This document shows, one piece after another, positions 11,565 through 25,699 of a stretch of 64,000 nucleotides of DNA (its first letter is position 1; each line of letters starts with the position of its first letter). The translations under genes and the position numbers were made by a program. The DNA comes from Geosiphon pyriformis uo1 (lineage: Eukaryota; Fungi; Glomeromycota): NCBI GenBank assembly GCA_016748015.1, contig JAAOMT010000420.1, positions 186,001 through 250,000 of the forward strand, in the 5' to 3' direction. Below the pieces are notes generated by a model. It saw only the letters and a list, made by a program, of their open reading frames with translations, did no database searches and was not told where the DNA came from.

Positions 11565-13170
11565 TCAAAGATTGTCTGGTAAAAGACCCCTGCAAGTGGG
11601 TAGAACACATACAGAAGATATGGATTACTTACCAGAGGATTGCTGGCTACCAAGCCAAGAAAAAAATTGACAGATTTACGAGTCTGGGAAGCTATGGATA
11701 AACAACTATTGAATCTCTGTCTATTATACAAAGAACTCAATTGGAAAACCTTCAGATAAAATATCTTCAGATTATCATCGTCACCAATTACCTTGAGCAC
11801 CAAGTTATGAATTTGTTTTTTCATCAACATCTCAAATAATCACTTGTAACACCAGAAAGCCTGCAGACCGAGCACAGCACCAAAGAGAGGTGAGACTAGT
11901 GGAGACCAATTCCTTTTATAACTGGGGTTGCAGCCATTGCACTAACCAGATCAGATTCAGACCCAAAGCAGACAGTAGCACAGTGAGTATAAGCATAGCT
12001 AATAGAATTACGACCAATAACACATGTTTTTCTATCAACTGAACCAATAAAATCCCAAAAGTTATGAGCATTTGTTCTTATAGAAAGAGTGTAGAGCAGC
12101 ATCCTGAATTCATCTTTGGAATCCCACATCTGTTTGTCAACATTGGCCCTGACCATATGTACTGTATCTTTTCCAATGAGAATAGACCAATTGGATGCCA
12201 AGAGATCAGCCTAATTCTGATCTTCCAATTTGACAATTACTTTTTGTCACAGACCCACTAGTTGCATCTTGATTGACTTAATCAATCCAAACTCGGACAC
12301 GGCAGCATGTACAGCCTTCACAGAAGTTCTCACAGGAATTTCTTTTATCACAATTGCCCAATTCATACAATTGTTGTTTGGGTGCTTCAGATCAGTATTT
12401 ACCACAATACTATGATCATTTGCCAACTTCCCAGCAGTCAACATTGTCTTTTCTGAAGTGAAAGTCACACAAATGATTCCACCAAATTTTGAGGAAGTAA
12501 AAACCCCCCCAAAATCATTCATATTTGAAAAAATTTTCCTGATAAAACTCAATTTTTCCTGAAAAGACTTCCCAGCAATGGCCACAAGATTGATATCTAA
12601 AGCAAAGGACTTGTAAACAGACACTTGAATGGACAGCTTGATAGGAAAAGAAGGCAGGAAAAGAAAGGAATCATCTAATACATTGTCTTCTGCATCGACA
12701 GTATTGTAATCAATTACACCCAGTGGTTTTCTTAACACTTTTTTGGTTTTTATACACAAATTTTTTGGTGTCTGATCAGGATTCCCTCCCACGAAAGTAT
12801 TATTTTCACTATAGTTAACACTGGTTTCTTCAACCAAGCACTCTTCTTCCATGTTAATACTCTTAAACTTTGTAGTGTTATCAGTCTCAGAACCCCATAA
12901 ATGAACACCAGGTGCTTCAGCAGCAACCCCATTATTATTAATACTCTCTTTTAATACATCTCCCTTCTTTTTCTTTCTTGATGCAACAGCCTTGAAACCA
13001 CCCTCAGAACCAGAAACTTTAATAGTCTTCTTCATAACAGCAATAACAGGGCCAACAGTGGTCTCGTAATTGAAAAACAGTTTTGATTTATTATACTAAA
13101 TGGTAAAAAAACTTCTTTTAAAAAACTCTTGACTTTTTTTTGGGAATTTTGGACAAAGAAAAGAAAGAAC
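11565..13170 (-). mobile_element. LINE 5' portion (5'UTR plus degenerate ORF1), interrupted by the family C element
   Basis: ORFs 12247-13035 and 11896-12201 (SFALDI..GKS..EKL, AIVIKEIPV, IKMQLVGL, LLYTL) are homologous to ORF1 of the LINE at 29.3-37.2 kb. The 5' boundary is approximate. Confidence 0.8.
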
Positions 13171-13179
13171 CTTATTTTT

Positions 13180-14420
13180 AATTAATCAAAAAAAAATAAG
13201 AAATAATATTAAAAACTAAATTATTATTGTAAAATTATTATAAAACTTATTTGTATTTATTTATTAAATAAAACTGTTATTTATTAATTAAATTCTTTAA
13301 AAAAATAACTTTTAACTAAAATTATTTATATTATTATTAATTAATTAATGTTTTATTGTTAAAATAAAAAAAACTATTAAAAAACTATTAATATTTTGTG
13401 TTTTTAAATTAAAAAACATTTTAAACAATTGCAAAAATAGGTTTAAAAAAATTTTAATAACAATAAATAGATTTAAATTAGTTTTTAAAAAAAGTACATA
13501 AATACACAATAATAATTGAAAATTAAAAAAAAGTTTATATTATAACATTAACAAAAAACTTTTATTACAAATATTATTAATATTATATAATTAAAATTAA
13601 AAAATTTACAAAAGACTAATTATAATAAATTAAGAATATTAACAATTAATATATTAAAAAAACACTCTTATAATAATATTATAAATTAAAATATATTAAT
13701 ATTAAAAAAACTATATTTGTAAATACTAAAATAAGTTTTCATAATATTATATTAATTAAAAAATCAATTAATAAATAAAAATTTTATATTCAAAAAATTA
13801 ACAAAAAAAAGACAGCTTATATTTTACTTAATATAAAAATTGCAAAAAAAGTTTTATATATAAAAATTTACTTATATCCAAAAAAAATTATAAAAATTTT
13901 ACATATTATTATTGTAAAACCTATTACAAAAAACAATTTAAATCTTTAAAATAAAACAAAAAATAAAACAATATATTTTGTTTTACTTATAAACAATTAT
14001 TATCAAATAAATACAATTAAATTAATGTTTAATAAAAAAAAAAGAATTTAATTAGATTTATTAATATGTTTTTTCAATTTTAAAAAAATAAAATAAAAAT
14101 TTATTTTAAACAGTATATAAAAGCATACTTAACAAATTATATTATTATTTTCATAATCTTAAAATAATCTATAAATTAACAATAGTTTTTTAATAAAAAT
14201 ATTTAAAAAAAATGAATTAATAACAACAATAAAAAATATTTTGAAAAAAGCATTTATTTTTAACAATTTAAATAAAATTTGATTTTAAATTTTTTATTAA
14301 GTTTGAATTTGAGTTGTTTGAATAATTAATTAATACAATTTTTTTTTAAAAAAAAACAAGTTTTTTATTATACAATTTCAATTAATTTTTAGTATTTCTA
14401 ATTTACATAAAATTTAAGTT
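13180..14420. other. Extremely AT-rich tract, probably fully decayed TE fossil
   Basis: G and C almost absent; same texture as the recognisable LINE fossils at 25-27.8 kb. Origin not readable. Confidence 0.4.
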
Positions 14421-14503
14421 TTGTAAAGTTCAAAATAATATATATATAATTTAGTTACTTTTGTCAATTTTGATCAACTTAATTGGCCATTAGTATTTAG
14501 TTG

Positions 14504-14565
<62 letters not shown>

Positions 14566-14566
14566 T
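14504..14566. repeat. (AAT)n microsatellite
   Basis: About 20 perfect AAT units. Confidence 0.95.
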
Positions 14567-14957
14567 TAGATGATTGAATAATTGAATAACAAATAATAAA
14601 TAATAAATGTGTTTGAAATAAATTTTAACTGATAACAAAAAATATGAAATATTTTAATTAATATTAAAAAAATTACATTAAAAATATATATTTCAACTAT
14701 TTGATACTTAACAGTTATCAAATTATATATTCAATAACCATGTGTGTACTCATTAATAGATTATTATCATAAATAATAAATCACCACATTATAAATCGTT
14801 AATATTGAAATTGAGATAAAATTATTACATGTATTACTATTTTAATGTCCTATCCGTCAAAGATTCTTCTTTTTATCTTATTACACTTGCCTTATAACTT
14901 TATTTTTGAAGAAAAGTTTATTGTATAAAATCGTATCAAGGTTACATTTCTTGATTA

Positions 14958-14958
<1 letters not shown>

Positions 14959-14997
<39 letters not shown>
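14959..14997. repeat. (TTA)n microsatellite
   Basis: About 12 TTA units. Confidence 0.9.
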
Positions 14998-14998
<1 letters not shown>

Positions 14999-16603
14999 TT
15001 ACATAATAATAGAGTAATCTAAGATTTACTATTATTGTAGAATAGTTATCTTAAAATATATTCAGATAATAAATCAGGAAAATATATACTGATAAAAATT
15101 AGGTTTTTAACAATGTGGTAGTTACTTAATTTTAAAAATCTTGTTCGAAATTATTCAGTTCAATCGGGGGGTTAAGTTTCTGTTGAGCCAAGTGAAAAAA
15201 TAGAATTAATGAATGATAAAAGATAAAAAATTATTAAACAGGATCAAGAAACTTTTTGTATTATCATAAATATATGAAAAAGGTTTATTTTCAAAAGGGA
15301 TAAATATTTTGTTTATAGTTTTTGTATTTAAAAATTTTTTAATAACTACGCATTTCAAATATGTTAAAAGAAGATTTACAATGGTTTCTTTTAAAATATT
15401 TTTTTTTATCAAATGTAATAAACAATTTATAATAAAATAAAAAACATTTTTATATATAAATTTATCTTCTTTTTATTCTTAGGCGTTGACAAAAAATGAT
15501 ACTCGTAATAAATTAAATAAATCGTTTTCAAAAAAATATATAATCCTTTATACCAGAGTTTTTATGATTTTGGAAAAAATGTGATAACTTGCACTTTGAA
15601 AATATGTAAAAAACTCTCAATTCCCACAAGATCATTATTTGGTGTCCTCTTTGAAGTCCCCAAATTTTTAGGAACTCGATTTTTTATGATTAATGCTACA
15701 CCAATTGGGATATACTGTAACAATTTACTCATCATCATCATCATTATTATTGAAAAAATTATTATATCCAATATTTTACTTAAACACAATCACAATCGGG
15801 TATTAATTGTATTAATTCAGATTCACGTTTTTCAAAAAAATATAATTTGTCAAGTAATCTCTTCAATCAAAAATACGAGAATTCATGGAAACAATCTATC
15901 AGCTATATGATCGATCGAATTTTGATATGCATAAAAAATTCCGCATAATAAAAATCTTATCAAATCATTTTCTCAGAATCTTGCTTTGCTTTTTATTATA
16001 CAGTAATCATGCTACTATTATGAAATTTCTATAGATTACAGGATTCAAATGCAATTAATTACATCTAAGGTGACAAGGGGAATCGAAAGCGTAGAAATTT
16101 GAAATCTTAATCCATAGATTTTGCTTCTCAAAAGGATCTCATTGCTAAATTGTGATTATTCACCCATCAATTGTTGTTGACTTCATGTAACTATGATATG
16201 CTATTTTAATGCTTTTGCTTCTCTGGATTCTTCAATTTTAGGTTTCCTTATTACCCCCTCTAACTGGCAAAAAGGAAGAGTGCTAACGAAAGCCCCCTGA
16301 TCCCGCTATTAAAATATCTACAATTAAATTTACAAAGGTGGCGTTACCCACCAAAAATGTCTATTTTACAATTGTCCTTTCTCATCACTATCTAATCCGT
16401 CAATTGTCCTTTCTCATTTTTTTGCTCTTCCCTCCCTTTTTCATCATTTTTATTTTTGATGTCCACCTACATCTCCTGGTATCTCTACTTATAATCACGT
16501 CATTCCTTCTCCCATACCTATAGAGATTCGAGGAAATGAATGGAAATTGAAAGAATGAATCAAACTTTTGAAATTTGAAAAGCATAGAATATTACTTACG
16601 CTC

Positions 16604-19600
16604 TTAATGCTGGCTACCTCCACCGGAACCAGAGCATTTATGATAAAGTTCGACCAGATCTTTGACTTTTACTTTATCGTTAGGCCAAAAATACGTCACA
16701 AACTTCCACAAATGATGACGCCATCGAGACACCTCAGAAGCTGATTTCTCAGCGAGGATCGCATCTATCCTCGCGCCGATCGCCAACAATGCCCCTCGAA
16801 TGATCTTGGCCCTATCAGACCTCCCCTTCTCGGATTGATCCTCAAAGTCCAGATCCTTTTTGAGATCATCAAAGAATCGTAAATAAAGTTCACCAAATTT
16901 ATCGCAAGAAATTTAAGCGAAAAAATAAAAAAGTGAATATTCAATAATAAAACCTACGTTGCGGAGGCGTTGAAGGGCTTTGCGAACAGGGCGTAAAAGC
17001 TCTTTACACTCCCGCTCGATCGGCGCGAGCTCATCAGAGTCCTCCACAGGTTGTTCCGACGAGTTTGAGGAGCTTGTCCTCCCTCCAGTTGCCTTAGATG
17101 TAGCCGCTTTGGAGGATGACGGCGCGGCTGTGTCTTCTTTCCCACTAATTCGGATTCTAATCTGTTTGACCTGTAAAACGGATAAATAGGAAATAAAATA
17201 AATAGTTAAAACTGGATGTATCAGAAAAATGATAAAGAGATAATTAATAATAAAAAAGCGTGTCAAAAGTAGTTGTCGCTGATTGATAGCTCAAATTAAA
17301 AGAATTATTTGAAAGACAATAATGCAGCTAAAGAATGGCTCACAATTTGGAGATGGCAAAAAATAGATGATAAAAGCAAGTGTTTAAAAGTGGACAGCTA
17401 AAGAGAAAAGAAGTATTTTATGATATCTAAAGTATTAATTTATTGACCTTTGGGGGCTCTTCATCTTCTTCCTCGGGCTGGGTTTCACGCAGAACTCGTA
17501 ATAGATATTCGGCCCGTCGATTGAGCCTAGCCGCTTGCTTGGCCGACGGAACATCTTCTGTTTGATCTTCTTGGAGTTTGGCTGTGAGCCCCAAACTAGT
17601 ATCTTGTTGGATTGCCTGCCAGCTACCGAATCCATGTTTGTAGACGCCGGCAATAAGCTTGGCATCCTCCTTGACGCCCCACTCAATTCCCCAGTTAGGT
17701 ACCGTCAAAGGGACACTGAAACGGAACTTATCTGTCCCCGAGGCTGGTGAATAGATATATATAATATTATATAATGAGAGATAAAAGCAAATAGTGTCGT
17801 ATGATCCAATTAGAGTCAAATATATGTGAATAACCAAATATATACAAATCTATAAGTAGTACAAGGAAAACCAAGGATTCAAAATTTCATAAGTTAGAAT
17901 ACAACTTACTCATCATTCGCCGCTTCAAGACACCAATATCAAAAACACGTTGCACCACAGTCCCAGCATTGATCTTATCAATACCCATCCATGAGACATG
18001 AGTAACCTTGCCACGACCAGAAACTTCACCGTCCCCGGAGGACTCTTGGTCACGAAGAGCGGCTTGACAAACCCGTAAAAGGTCATCGTGGAGGGACAAC
18101 ACTGAACGCCGCTCGAGTTTCTCAAGATTACCATCCCGGACAACAGCCTCATATCGCTCATGTGGGGAGCCGAATTTGATGACAGCCTTGACGAGGTTTT
18201 TGAGGTCTTGTTTGGTAACCTCATCTGCTCCTGCGGTCGTGCTTGCCGCCGCCGCCTTACCCTTTGTTGCCGCGTTCCTCTTTGCGGTAGCGCCAGTAAC
18301 AGCTTTCGTCTTTGACTTGGAAGAAACAGCGGTAACTTTTTGTTTTTTGGCCGCTTTTGGAAGGTCGGCCGCTGCTCGCTTCACCCCAGTCTTGGACTGG
18401 TTGACTGAAGCCTCAGAACTTTCAGCAGCCTCCACTTCATGACGTTCATTCAAGGGGATTATATCTTCCCACTTCATTAGATCTCCACCGTCAAAGTCAT
18501 TTACTTGGAATTGAGAGAGGAACTCGTCACCTCCTAGTTTGCTGGTGACATCACCAGTGGTTGTGTCGTGAGTTTCTGCATGGCCAAGCATATCATCCAG
18601 GTCCATGTCATCGAGTTTCTTTTGATTTTCGTTTTCTTTAAACATGTTGGAAACACCGAATTGTAGGACTTTGGCCAACTCTTCTTTTGTAAACGATGTT
18701 GTGGTAGTCGTTGATGGATTACTAGCAATGTCCTTCTTGAGGGTAGCTTGCCCTGACGTGTCCATCTTATTAATGACACAATATTCAAGGACCATCTTCC
18801 TTTTTGCCCGCTCTAAAATGCTTTCTTCGATAGTATCTTTTGACACGAATCGAAAGACGTTGACGTGATTCTTTTGGCCAATGCGGTGAGCCCGTGCCAT
18901 AGCTTGAAGATCACTTTGAGGATTCTTATTATTGGTATTTAGCAAAAATATGGGAGTAAATTATCAAAGAAAACAAGATGAGGATGTTGGTATTGTTAAC
19001 GAAAAACAAACATCAAAAAATTTTCTTTACCCAATCAGAATCAAATATGATTACTGTGTCAGCAGTACTAAGATTAATCCCAAGCCCTCCTGCTCTGGTG
19101 GAGAGAAGAAATACAAAGTCCTTTGATTCAGGAGCGTTGAAATGTTCGATTGCTTTTTTCCGGGCTTCAGACGAAACACCACCGTCTAATCGTTGGTGTT
19201 GGTAGCCTTTTAGTGATAGATAATCGGTCAGAATATCGAGCAACTTTACCATCTGTGAAAAGATTAATACTCGATGATTTGATTCTCGTAATCTTGTTAA
19301 CAGTTTGTCCAAAAGAACCATCTTTCCACTGTGCACTATAAGTCCCCTTAATTGTTCTTCCGAAGTAGAGGCTGGTGGTTCGGCGTTTGGTAGCAAAAAA
19401 GGATGGTTACTGGCTTTTTTAAGTTCAGCGGCAATATTAAGCAAAGTCATTTGAGAGGAACCGGTTACCCCCTGATTGAGGATATCAAAATTCTTCGTAA
19501 GAATGTTCTTGTAGTAATGCAATTGTAGAGGCGATAGAACTACTCGTAAGATGCGTTCAGTTTTTTGAGGAAGGGATTTTTCAACATCTTTTTTCAGACG

Positions 19601-22331
19601 TCGAAGCATATAAGGGGTTAAAGTTTGATGAAGCTGACGAATCTTTTCCTCTTGCTCTTCACTTGGAGCTTCGAGGTCAATTTCTTCATCTTTGTCAAAG
19701 TTTGGCATCAGGAATTTTAATAGTGCATACAATTCCTTTAAGGAATTTTGTAATGGAGTGCCGGTGATTAATAGACGATTACTTGTCTGGAATGAAGCGA
19801 GTACTTCATGTAGCTGCGATTCGCTGTTCTTGAGTCGATGTGCTTCATCGACGGCTAGGTATTGCCACTTAATATCTCCAAGTACTTCGCGATCTTTAAG
19901 AATAAACTCATAGGTGGTCAGTAATACATTGAACTTTGGATATCGAGTGGATAATGGTGAGCTGTAAAACTCGTATTCCCGTATTACATTTCTTGCTTTG
20001 CTAGGGCCAATGTAGCAAACAACATTTAATTGAGGCGCCCAGGTTTCGAATTCATGTTGCCATGATCCAACTGTGGATAGAGGAACCACTACAAGGAATG
20101 GACCGTATTGTTTCATCGAGTGATGCAGATATGACAGAAATGATATCGTTTGCACGGTTTTTCCAAGGCCCATCTATAATCGGTAGAGAAGCAAGTTAAG
20201 GGCTAGAAGTGAGATAACCAAAAAGCACTAAAATGAAATTATGTGGTTAAAAATTCATTTATTGATAGCATACTTCATCTGCGAGTATGACGTTATTATT
20301 ATGATGCCAAGCATGAGCAAGCCAATTAACACCCACGAGCTGGAAATCTCGCAACTCGCCACCCACGAGGTATGATGATTGATGGTTCAAGTATTGAAAT
20401 GCAGGTCGACCTTTTGCATAATTCCTGCTGTTTTTCGGTATTTCAAGTGATTGATGACGGTTCTCAAAGGCGTTTATTTCAATGCTGAAACGGTCTTCGA
20501 TATAGCTAAGCGGTTCCCAACAGCAATCGAGGTAAGATAATGATTTGAATTTGCAAAAGTATTGCGGATATTCTTGGTCCTTTTTATCGTGATCGCTAGG
20601 TTCAGTTTTAATGGCCAAAACTCGTTCGACCGTGGTGTAGTCATCGAGGAAGGATTGCATTGTTTGAAGGGATCCTTCTTGAGCCTTCTTTATGTAATTT
20701 TCCAGTTTTTTAAAACCTCTGCATGTCTTTAGATCTTCGTAGTTTTCCCAAGAATTATGAAGATGACTATACCCTTCCCACTTGATCAAGTATTCCAAGT
20801 TCTTCTTAGGATCGTCAAGTTCATTCGGATCGGCTGTATCGACTCTTCTGAAGTCTGCAATCAGTTCAATCTTATATGTTTCGTCTTTGGTTTGATAAAG
20901 GGAGAGAACGAATGAATGAATTAACAAATAAGCAGACAAACAAACAAACAAAGACAAGAGGATTTAAATAAAGTTTAAGAAAAACGATAAAGTTTCAACT
21001 AAAAAGAATGAAAATGAATATGAATTGTATCTTAAAATACCTTCGTCATCAGGAGTACTCTCTTGATCATTAAATTGAATATATTGAATCTCTTCGTCTT
21101 CTAAGCCGAGTTCTTTGTCAAGGGCCTCTTCGTCATACGTGGCAACAGTCCGTGGTCGACGAGAGTATCGTGAAGTTCCGTTACTATTATTGTTCATGCC
21201 ACCATTACTTCTTGCCTTATGGCGTCTAGAAGTTGAAGCGACGTTCGATGATCCAGCCACCCAGTCATCTTGATCGCTTCCATTCGATCGACCGTTTCTT
21301 CTTGTCATCATTACAGGTCGTTTGGGTCTAGACTTTTTGGAAATGGCAAAATCCTCGTCAGCACTATCTTCAAAAGAGTCCGAGAGCTGATCTTCTGAGC
21401 TGGGTTCAGAACCGTGCTCGGGACGGTAAGTGTCTAAATGATCAATAAAAGGGTTAAAATTTTATTTAGTTTGTAACCAAAAGAATGATCGAATAGGTGT
21501 AAATTTTATGAAAGATGTGGTCCCATCATACTTTTCTCAGTTTCTTCTAATTTGCTCTTCTTGTTAGAGTGTACGGCACGTTTACCGTTTGAGTTCGGCT
21601 TTTTAGCGCGTTTTCCGAACTCGTTTTGAGAGTCGGAATCGGTGAAATCTAACTCTTCATCGGAGGACGGCTGCTGAATTGTACAAAAGATAAAAAGATA
21701 AAAGATGAAAAGAGAAGAGAAGAGAAGAGTGAGTGGTGAAATCCCAGAAGTATATTGCAAAGTTAAAAAGACGAGCCAGGTTATCATCTTATTACCTTGT
21801 AACTCCTCGCAGGTCTATTTCGAGTAGACCTCCGAAGTTCAAAGAGGTCAGGATTATTATGGAAATCCGGATCTGAAGAAGGGCGGAGCAAAAAAATTGT
21901 GAGAAAAGTGGTTTTTATCGCTCTTTACTGACTTATTTATACAAAAAACGGTTGTAGCTGGAGTGAGAGAAGGTTAAAACAGCAGGATCGCAAGAAGTTG
22001 AAAATTTTATGACCCAAGATCTGTCAAGATCTATTCTGGGGCAAGTCGCGTCACCCAAGAGAAAAGATGACGAAGAAGGCGACATATAGAAAGAATAGAA
22101 GTAAAAGTAATAATATTTGACAAGCGTCAGATGACTTGAGACGTTTAAGCTCAGTTGTAAAGCCGAAAGTTTTTCTTGGTGAAAAAAAGTAAAGGAAAGG
22201 CAGCAGAGAGGATCGCAAGGGAAGATTTTTTCGAGTTGAAGAATTTTTTTTCCATTTTATAGCTCCGAGGAGAAAGGAAGCCAAACGAGCGTCTAAAAGT
22301 GGTTAAAAAGGTCGGAATACTTACCACTCAT
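16604..22331 (-). CDS. CHD1: Chromodomain-helicase-DNA-binding protein 1 (SNF2-family remodeller), 10 exons, about 1382 aa
   Basis: Exons 22331-22325, 21872-21796, 21673-21532, 21433-21041, 20884-20274, 20173-19031, 18924-17910, 17743-17448, 17170-16958, 16855-16604. All GT-AG, phases consistent, 4149 nt in total. Motifs: [11 protein letters not shown]-terminus, double chromodomain ([16 protein letters not shown]), [56 protein letters not shown]-like ([10 protein letters not shown]), C-terminal helical domain ([11 protein letters not shown]). Confidence 0.95.
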
Positions 22332-22408
22332 ATTAAAGAGGATTCGGATAGAGAATTATAAGATTTTGTTTTGCTCGTGGAGCGAAAGTGGTAAATTGGT
22401 AGTAATAT

Positions 22409-22461
<53 letters not shown>

Positions 22462-23121
22462 ATAGTAATAGTAGTAGTAGGTTTAGTTAACCTTGCTTGT
22501 TGGTTAGATAGTGGTTGATAGTATCGAGTATTCGATAATTTTTGTATGAGGTATCTCTAATCTGTTATATACTGAGTTTGGTACTCCGTACAGTAGATGA
22601 GGAATGATGGACTTTTGTGAAAATTGCCTCTTTTTATGTGTGGTCGGAGAACTTAAAATTAGAGAGAGGGACAGCAAGAATTTAGGGACCATTAGCCGTT
22701 CCAATGATCTGATCAGAAGTTACACATCCTAAGATTACGCCTGAGGCTTCGAAGGATAATTTCATTATTACTAAAAATTGATCAGTTAAACCAATTGCTG
22801 ATCTTTATTATAATCATTTTTGTTGCACCCGAAAAGTTTTCCCACACACTGGACACCCTAAAAATTTATCGTCCTATTGTATATTAGATCATCCCCCGGA
22901 AACCACCTCGATTTTCCTTTTTTTTGCATACTCGCTCGGAAAGATGTACAGTGGGTTTTTATCCAAGTAAATTTTTTGTTGGGAAACTGAGAAAGAACAA
23001 ATAGTAACATTTTTGCCTAGTGGCTGGTAGTCAAGTTACTTAGAACACGTAAGAAAATATAACTCCCGCAGTAGAAACAACGCGAAAAACTTTCAGTTTA
23101 TAAAAATTGCTGAATCCGTAT
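22332..23121. promoter_or_regulatory. Divergent intergenic region, putative bidirectional promoter for CHD1 and the hydrolase
   Basis: 790 bp between head-to-head ATGs; CpG dinucleotides retained. No specific element identified. Confidence 0.5.
22409..22480. repeat. (TAG)n microsatellite upstream of the CHD1 start codon
   Basis: About 17 perfect TAG units plus a degenerate tail. Confidence 0.9.
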
Positions 23122-23912
23122 ATGACTACCCTTAATCTTTCACCAACCTCAGTCCAAGCAATTCTAATCCCAGGTAATGGATGTGAGAATCCAGAGCAAG
23201 CGATTTGGTATCCTTGGGTAGCTGAGAAACTTTGTCAAGCAGTATTTAAAGAAAATGGGGAAAAATTATTTCCTGGTGGAGTAATATTGAGACAGTTTCC
23301 TGACTGGGTAGTTGCAAGAGAGTCAGTATGGCTTCCTTTTTTGGAAAAAGAATTAAAAGCTTCTAGTGGCACAGTCTTAGTTGGTCACTCTAGCGGTGCA
23401 GTTGCAGCGTTAAGGTTAGTTGGAGGATCATGTTCATTTATATTTGATAAAACAACAATTCTATGAGTAATGATTTTTAAAAGATATCTTGAGACTCATC
23501 GTGTTTTAGGAGTTGTTCTTGTCTCTGCTTATCATACGGATCTTGGAGAGAAGAATGAGGTACCATTATATCAATAAATTTTGCAATGACTTCTGTTCTA
23601 CATAGTGATTTAATTAATTTTACAAAATCAAAGAAAAATGCCGAATATTTTTCTCGTCCATGGGATTGGTCTCTAATTTCCAAAAATGCACATTGGATCA
23701 TACAATTTGCGAGTGATAATGACAGGTTTTTGCCCATTGATGAACAACGTTATGTTCACACAATGCTAGGATCAGATTATCATGAACTCAAAGGTCGTGG
23801 GCATTTTACTAAAGATTTGGATTTTCCTGAGTTGGTCAATTCTATTCTTGAGATCATGAAAGGAACGATCCCAGATGTAGAAGGGACTGATTCATTAGAG
23901 TTTGAGTTTTAA
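23122..23912 (+). CDS. RBBP9: RBBP9/YdeN-family alpha/beta serine hydrolase, 3 exons, about 215 aa
   Basis: Exons 23122-23414, 23484-23559, 23634-23912 (648 nt). Motifs LIPGNG, WYPWV, PDWVVARESVWLPF, nucleophile GHSSG, LVSAYHTDLG, YFSRPWDW, QFASDNDRFLP and RGHF give a Ser-Asp-His triad. Confidence 0.92.
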
Positions 23913-24739
23913 AGTTCTCTTACGTTTTTGGTTTTTATAATTTCACTTTTCCCGAGTTTTTTATTAAAGGATATTGTTCGTAGAAGAGTATTCTGCCTCA
24001 ATTGAAATATTCAATTTGGTGGTACAAGAGAAAGAACAACAAAAATTTTATTGAAAGGTAGGGTTGGGAATAGAAACAATTTCTTTGGAAGATTGTACTT
24101 TTATTTTTATACGATTAAGATTTCTTACGAATCAAATGTCATTTTAAGAAGATTCTTTCAATTTCTTTCGTTGATTTCCAATGTTGATAATATTATCAAC
24201 TTGGGAAGTGGTTAAAAGGAATCTTTATATTTTAATCAAATTATCACGTCTGAAAGCATCAAATATATAATATAAGGTAACCATTTTGGCCTAACCACTT
24301 AACATTACATTTTCTTGTCTCAAGCTCAATAAGACCATCAATGAATACAGCATTACGACCAGATCTTTTGGGGCCCTTTTGTTTACATTGCGATTGCAAG
24401 GGAGAAGTTAAATTTGATGATACCGATCTTATTTTTTTGGTCAAAAAGGTGACCTTTTATGTCGCGAGATCCCCGAAATGTACAGCTTGAACCAACGCAC
24501 CCCGAAACTGTGTTTAAGATTATACATCTCAGCTGATGATTTGTTTGTCTGGAATGTTTTGTTTTTGGATAAGCTTCGTTTTTTTTTAGTTGATTAGAAG
24601 GAGCAAATGGTGTTACATAGTTGATAGTATTGTGGTGATTAAAGCAAAAATTAATGGCTTTTCAAAATAGAAAAAACTGTATTTTTTGAGAAAAAGTTTT
24701 ATGTTAAATGAATAAAGTTAATATCAAAGACTTGAACAA

Positions 24740-25350
24740 AAAATATATATTTATATAGTTATATATTAATTTTTTAAAATTTTAATATATATATTTTTAA
24801 TTATATTAAATCTTAAAATAAGTGTGGCTTATACTTTTTTTATATGTAACTAGCCACTCGAGCCAATCAAAACTACATTATACGTTTATATTATTAGAAA
24901 CACATGTATGTTTACAAAAACCATTAAATAATAGTTACAAAGCAGCATTAAAACTAAAACCAACCAATTTATCTTAAACAAAACTTTCTTTACAAACAAC
25001 TATTTTAACAAACTGTAAACATTAATTAAAATTAACTTTTTATTAACAATTAAATTTTTCTTTTTATACTTAATTTTAAGTAATTAAATATTTAATCTGT
25101 AATATATAATTATGTTATAAATAAAATTTACAAAATTTACATTAATCTTGACAGTATTTTTAAATATTAAAAACAACTTTAAAACCCAATTATTAAAAAC
25201 GAAATCTTTAATAATAATATCATATAAAATTTAGAAAACTATTAAATTTACAAATAAATAAATCAATTAAATTAATTTATTTAATAAAACAATTTTTAAT
25301 TTTTTTTTTTACAACTAAATTAAAAATACATAAAAAGATATAATTAAAAA
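24740..25350 (-). mobile_element. Heavily decayed LINE 3' end
   Basis: 24820-24885 is the reverse complement of the conserved LINE 3'UTR (compare 37060-37130). Boundaries approximate. Confidence 0.6.
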
Positions 25351-25699
25351 TTTTTAATAAATTATAATAAATATAATTTATATTTGAATATTTAAAGTTA
25401 TAAAGTTTTTTTTTGTAATAACTAATAATTTTTTGTATAAAATTTTTATAAAATACATTTAAAATTTAATAATATTATATTAAATTAACTAATTTTTAAA
25501 TATTATTAAAATATTATATTTTAAGTTAAAATTTTTAATTAAAAATTTATTAAAAAAAATTTTTGTTTATTTAATTTTCTATTTAAAAAAACTTAATTGT
25601 TTAAATTAATTATAATTATATCAAATATAAATATATATTTTAATATTAAAAAAATTTTTAATATTATTAATATTTTAATTAATACAAATAAAATAATAA

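Noticed and set aside
15206-15910. ORFs downstream of CHD1
   Set aside because: Low-complexity AT-driven translations with no recognisable motif or exon structure.
17535-19913. Plus-strand ORFs overlapping CHD1
   Set aside because: Antisense shadows of the GC-richer coding exons.
22051-22704. Short minus-strand ORFs near the CHD1 start
   Set aside because: They lie in intron 1 or upstream sequence; the 7-nt first exon already gives a coherent N-terminus.
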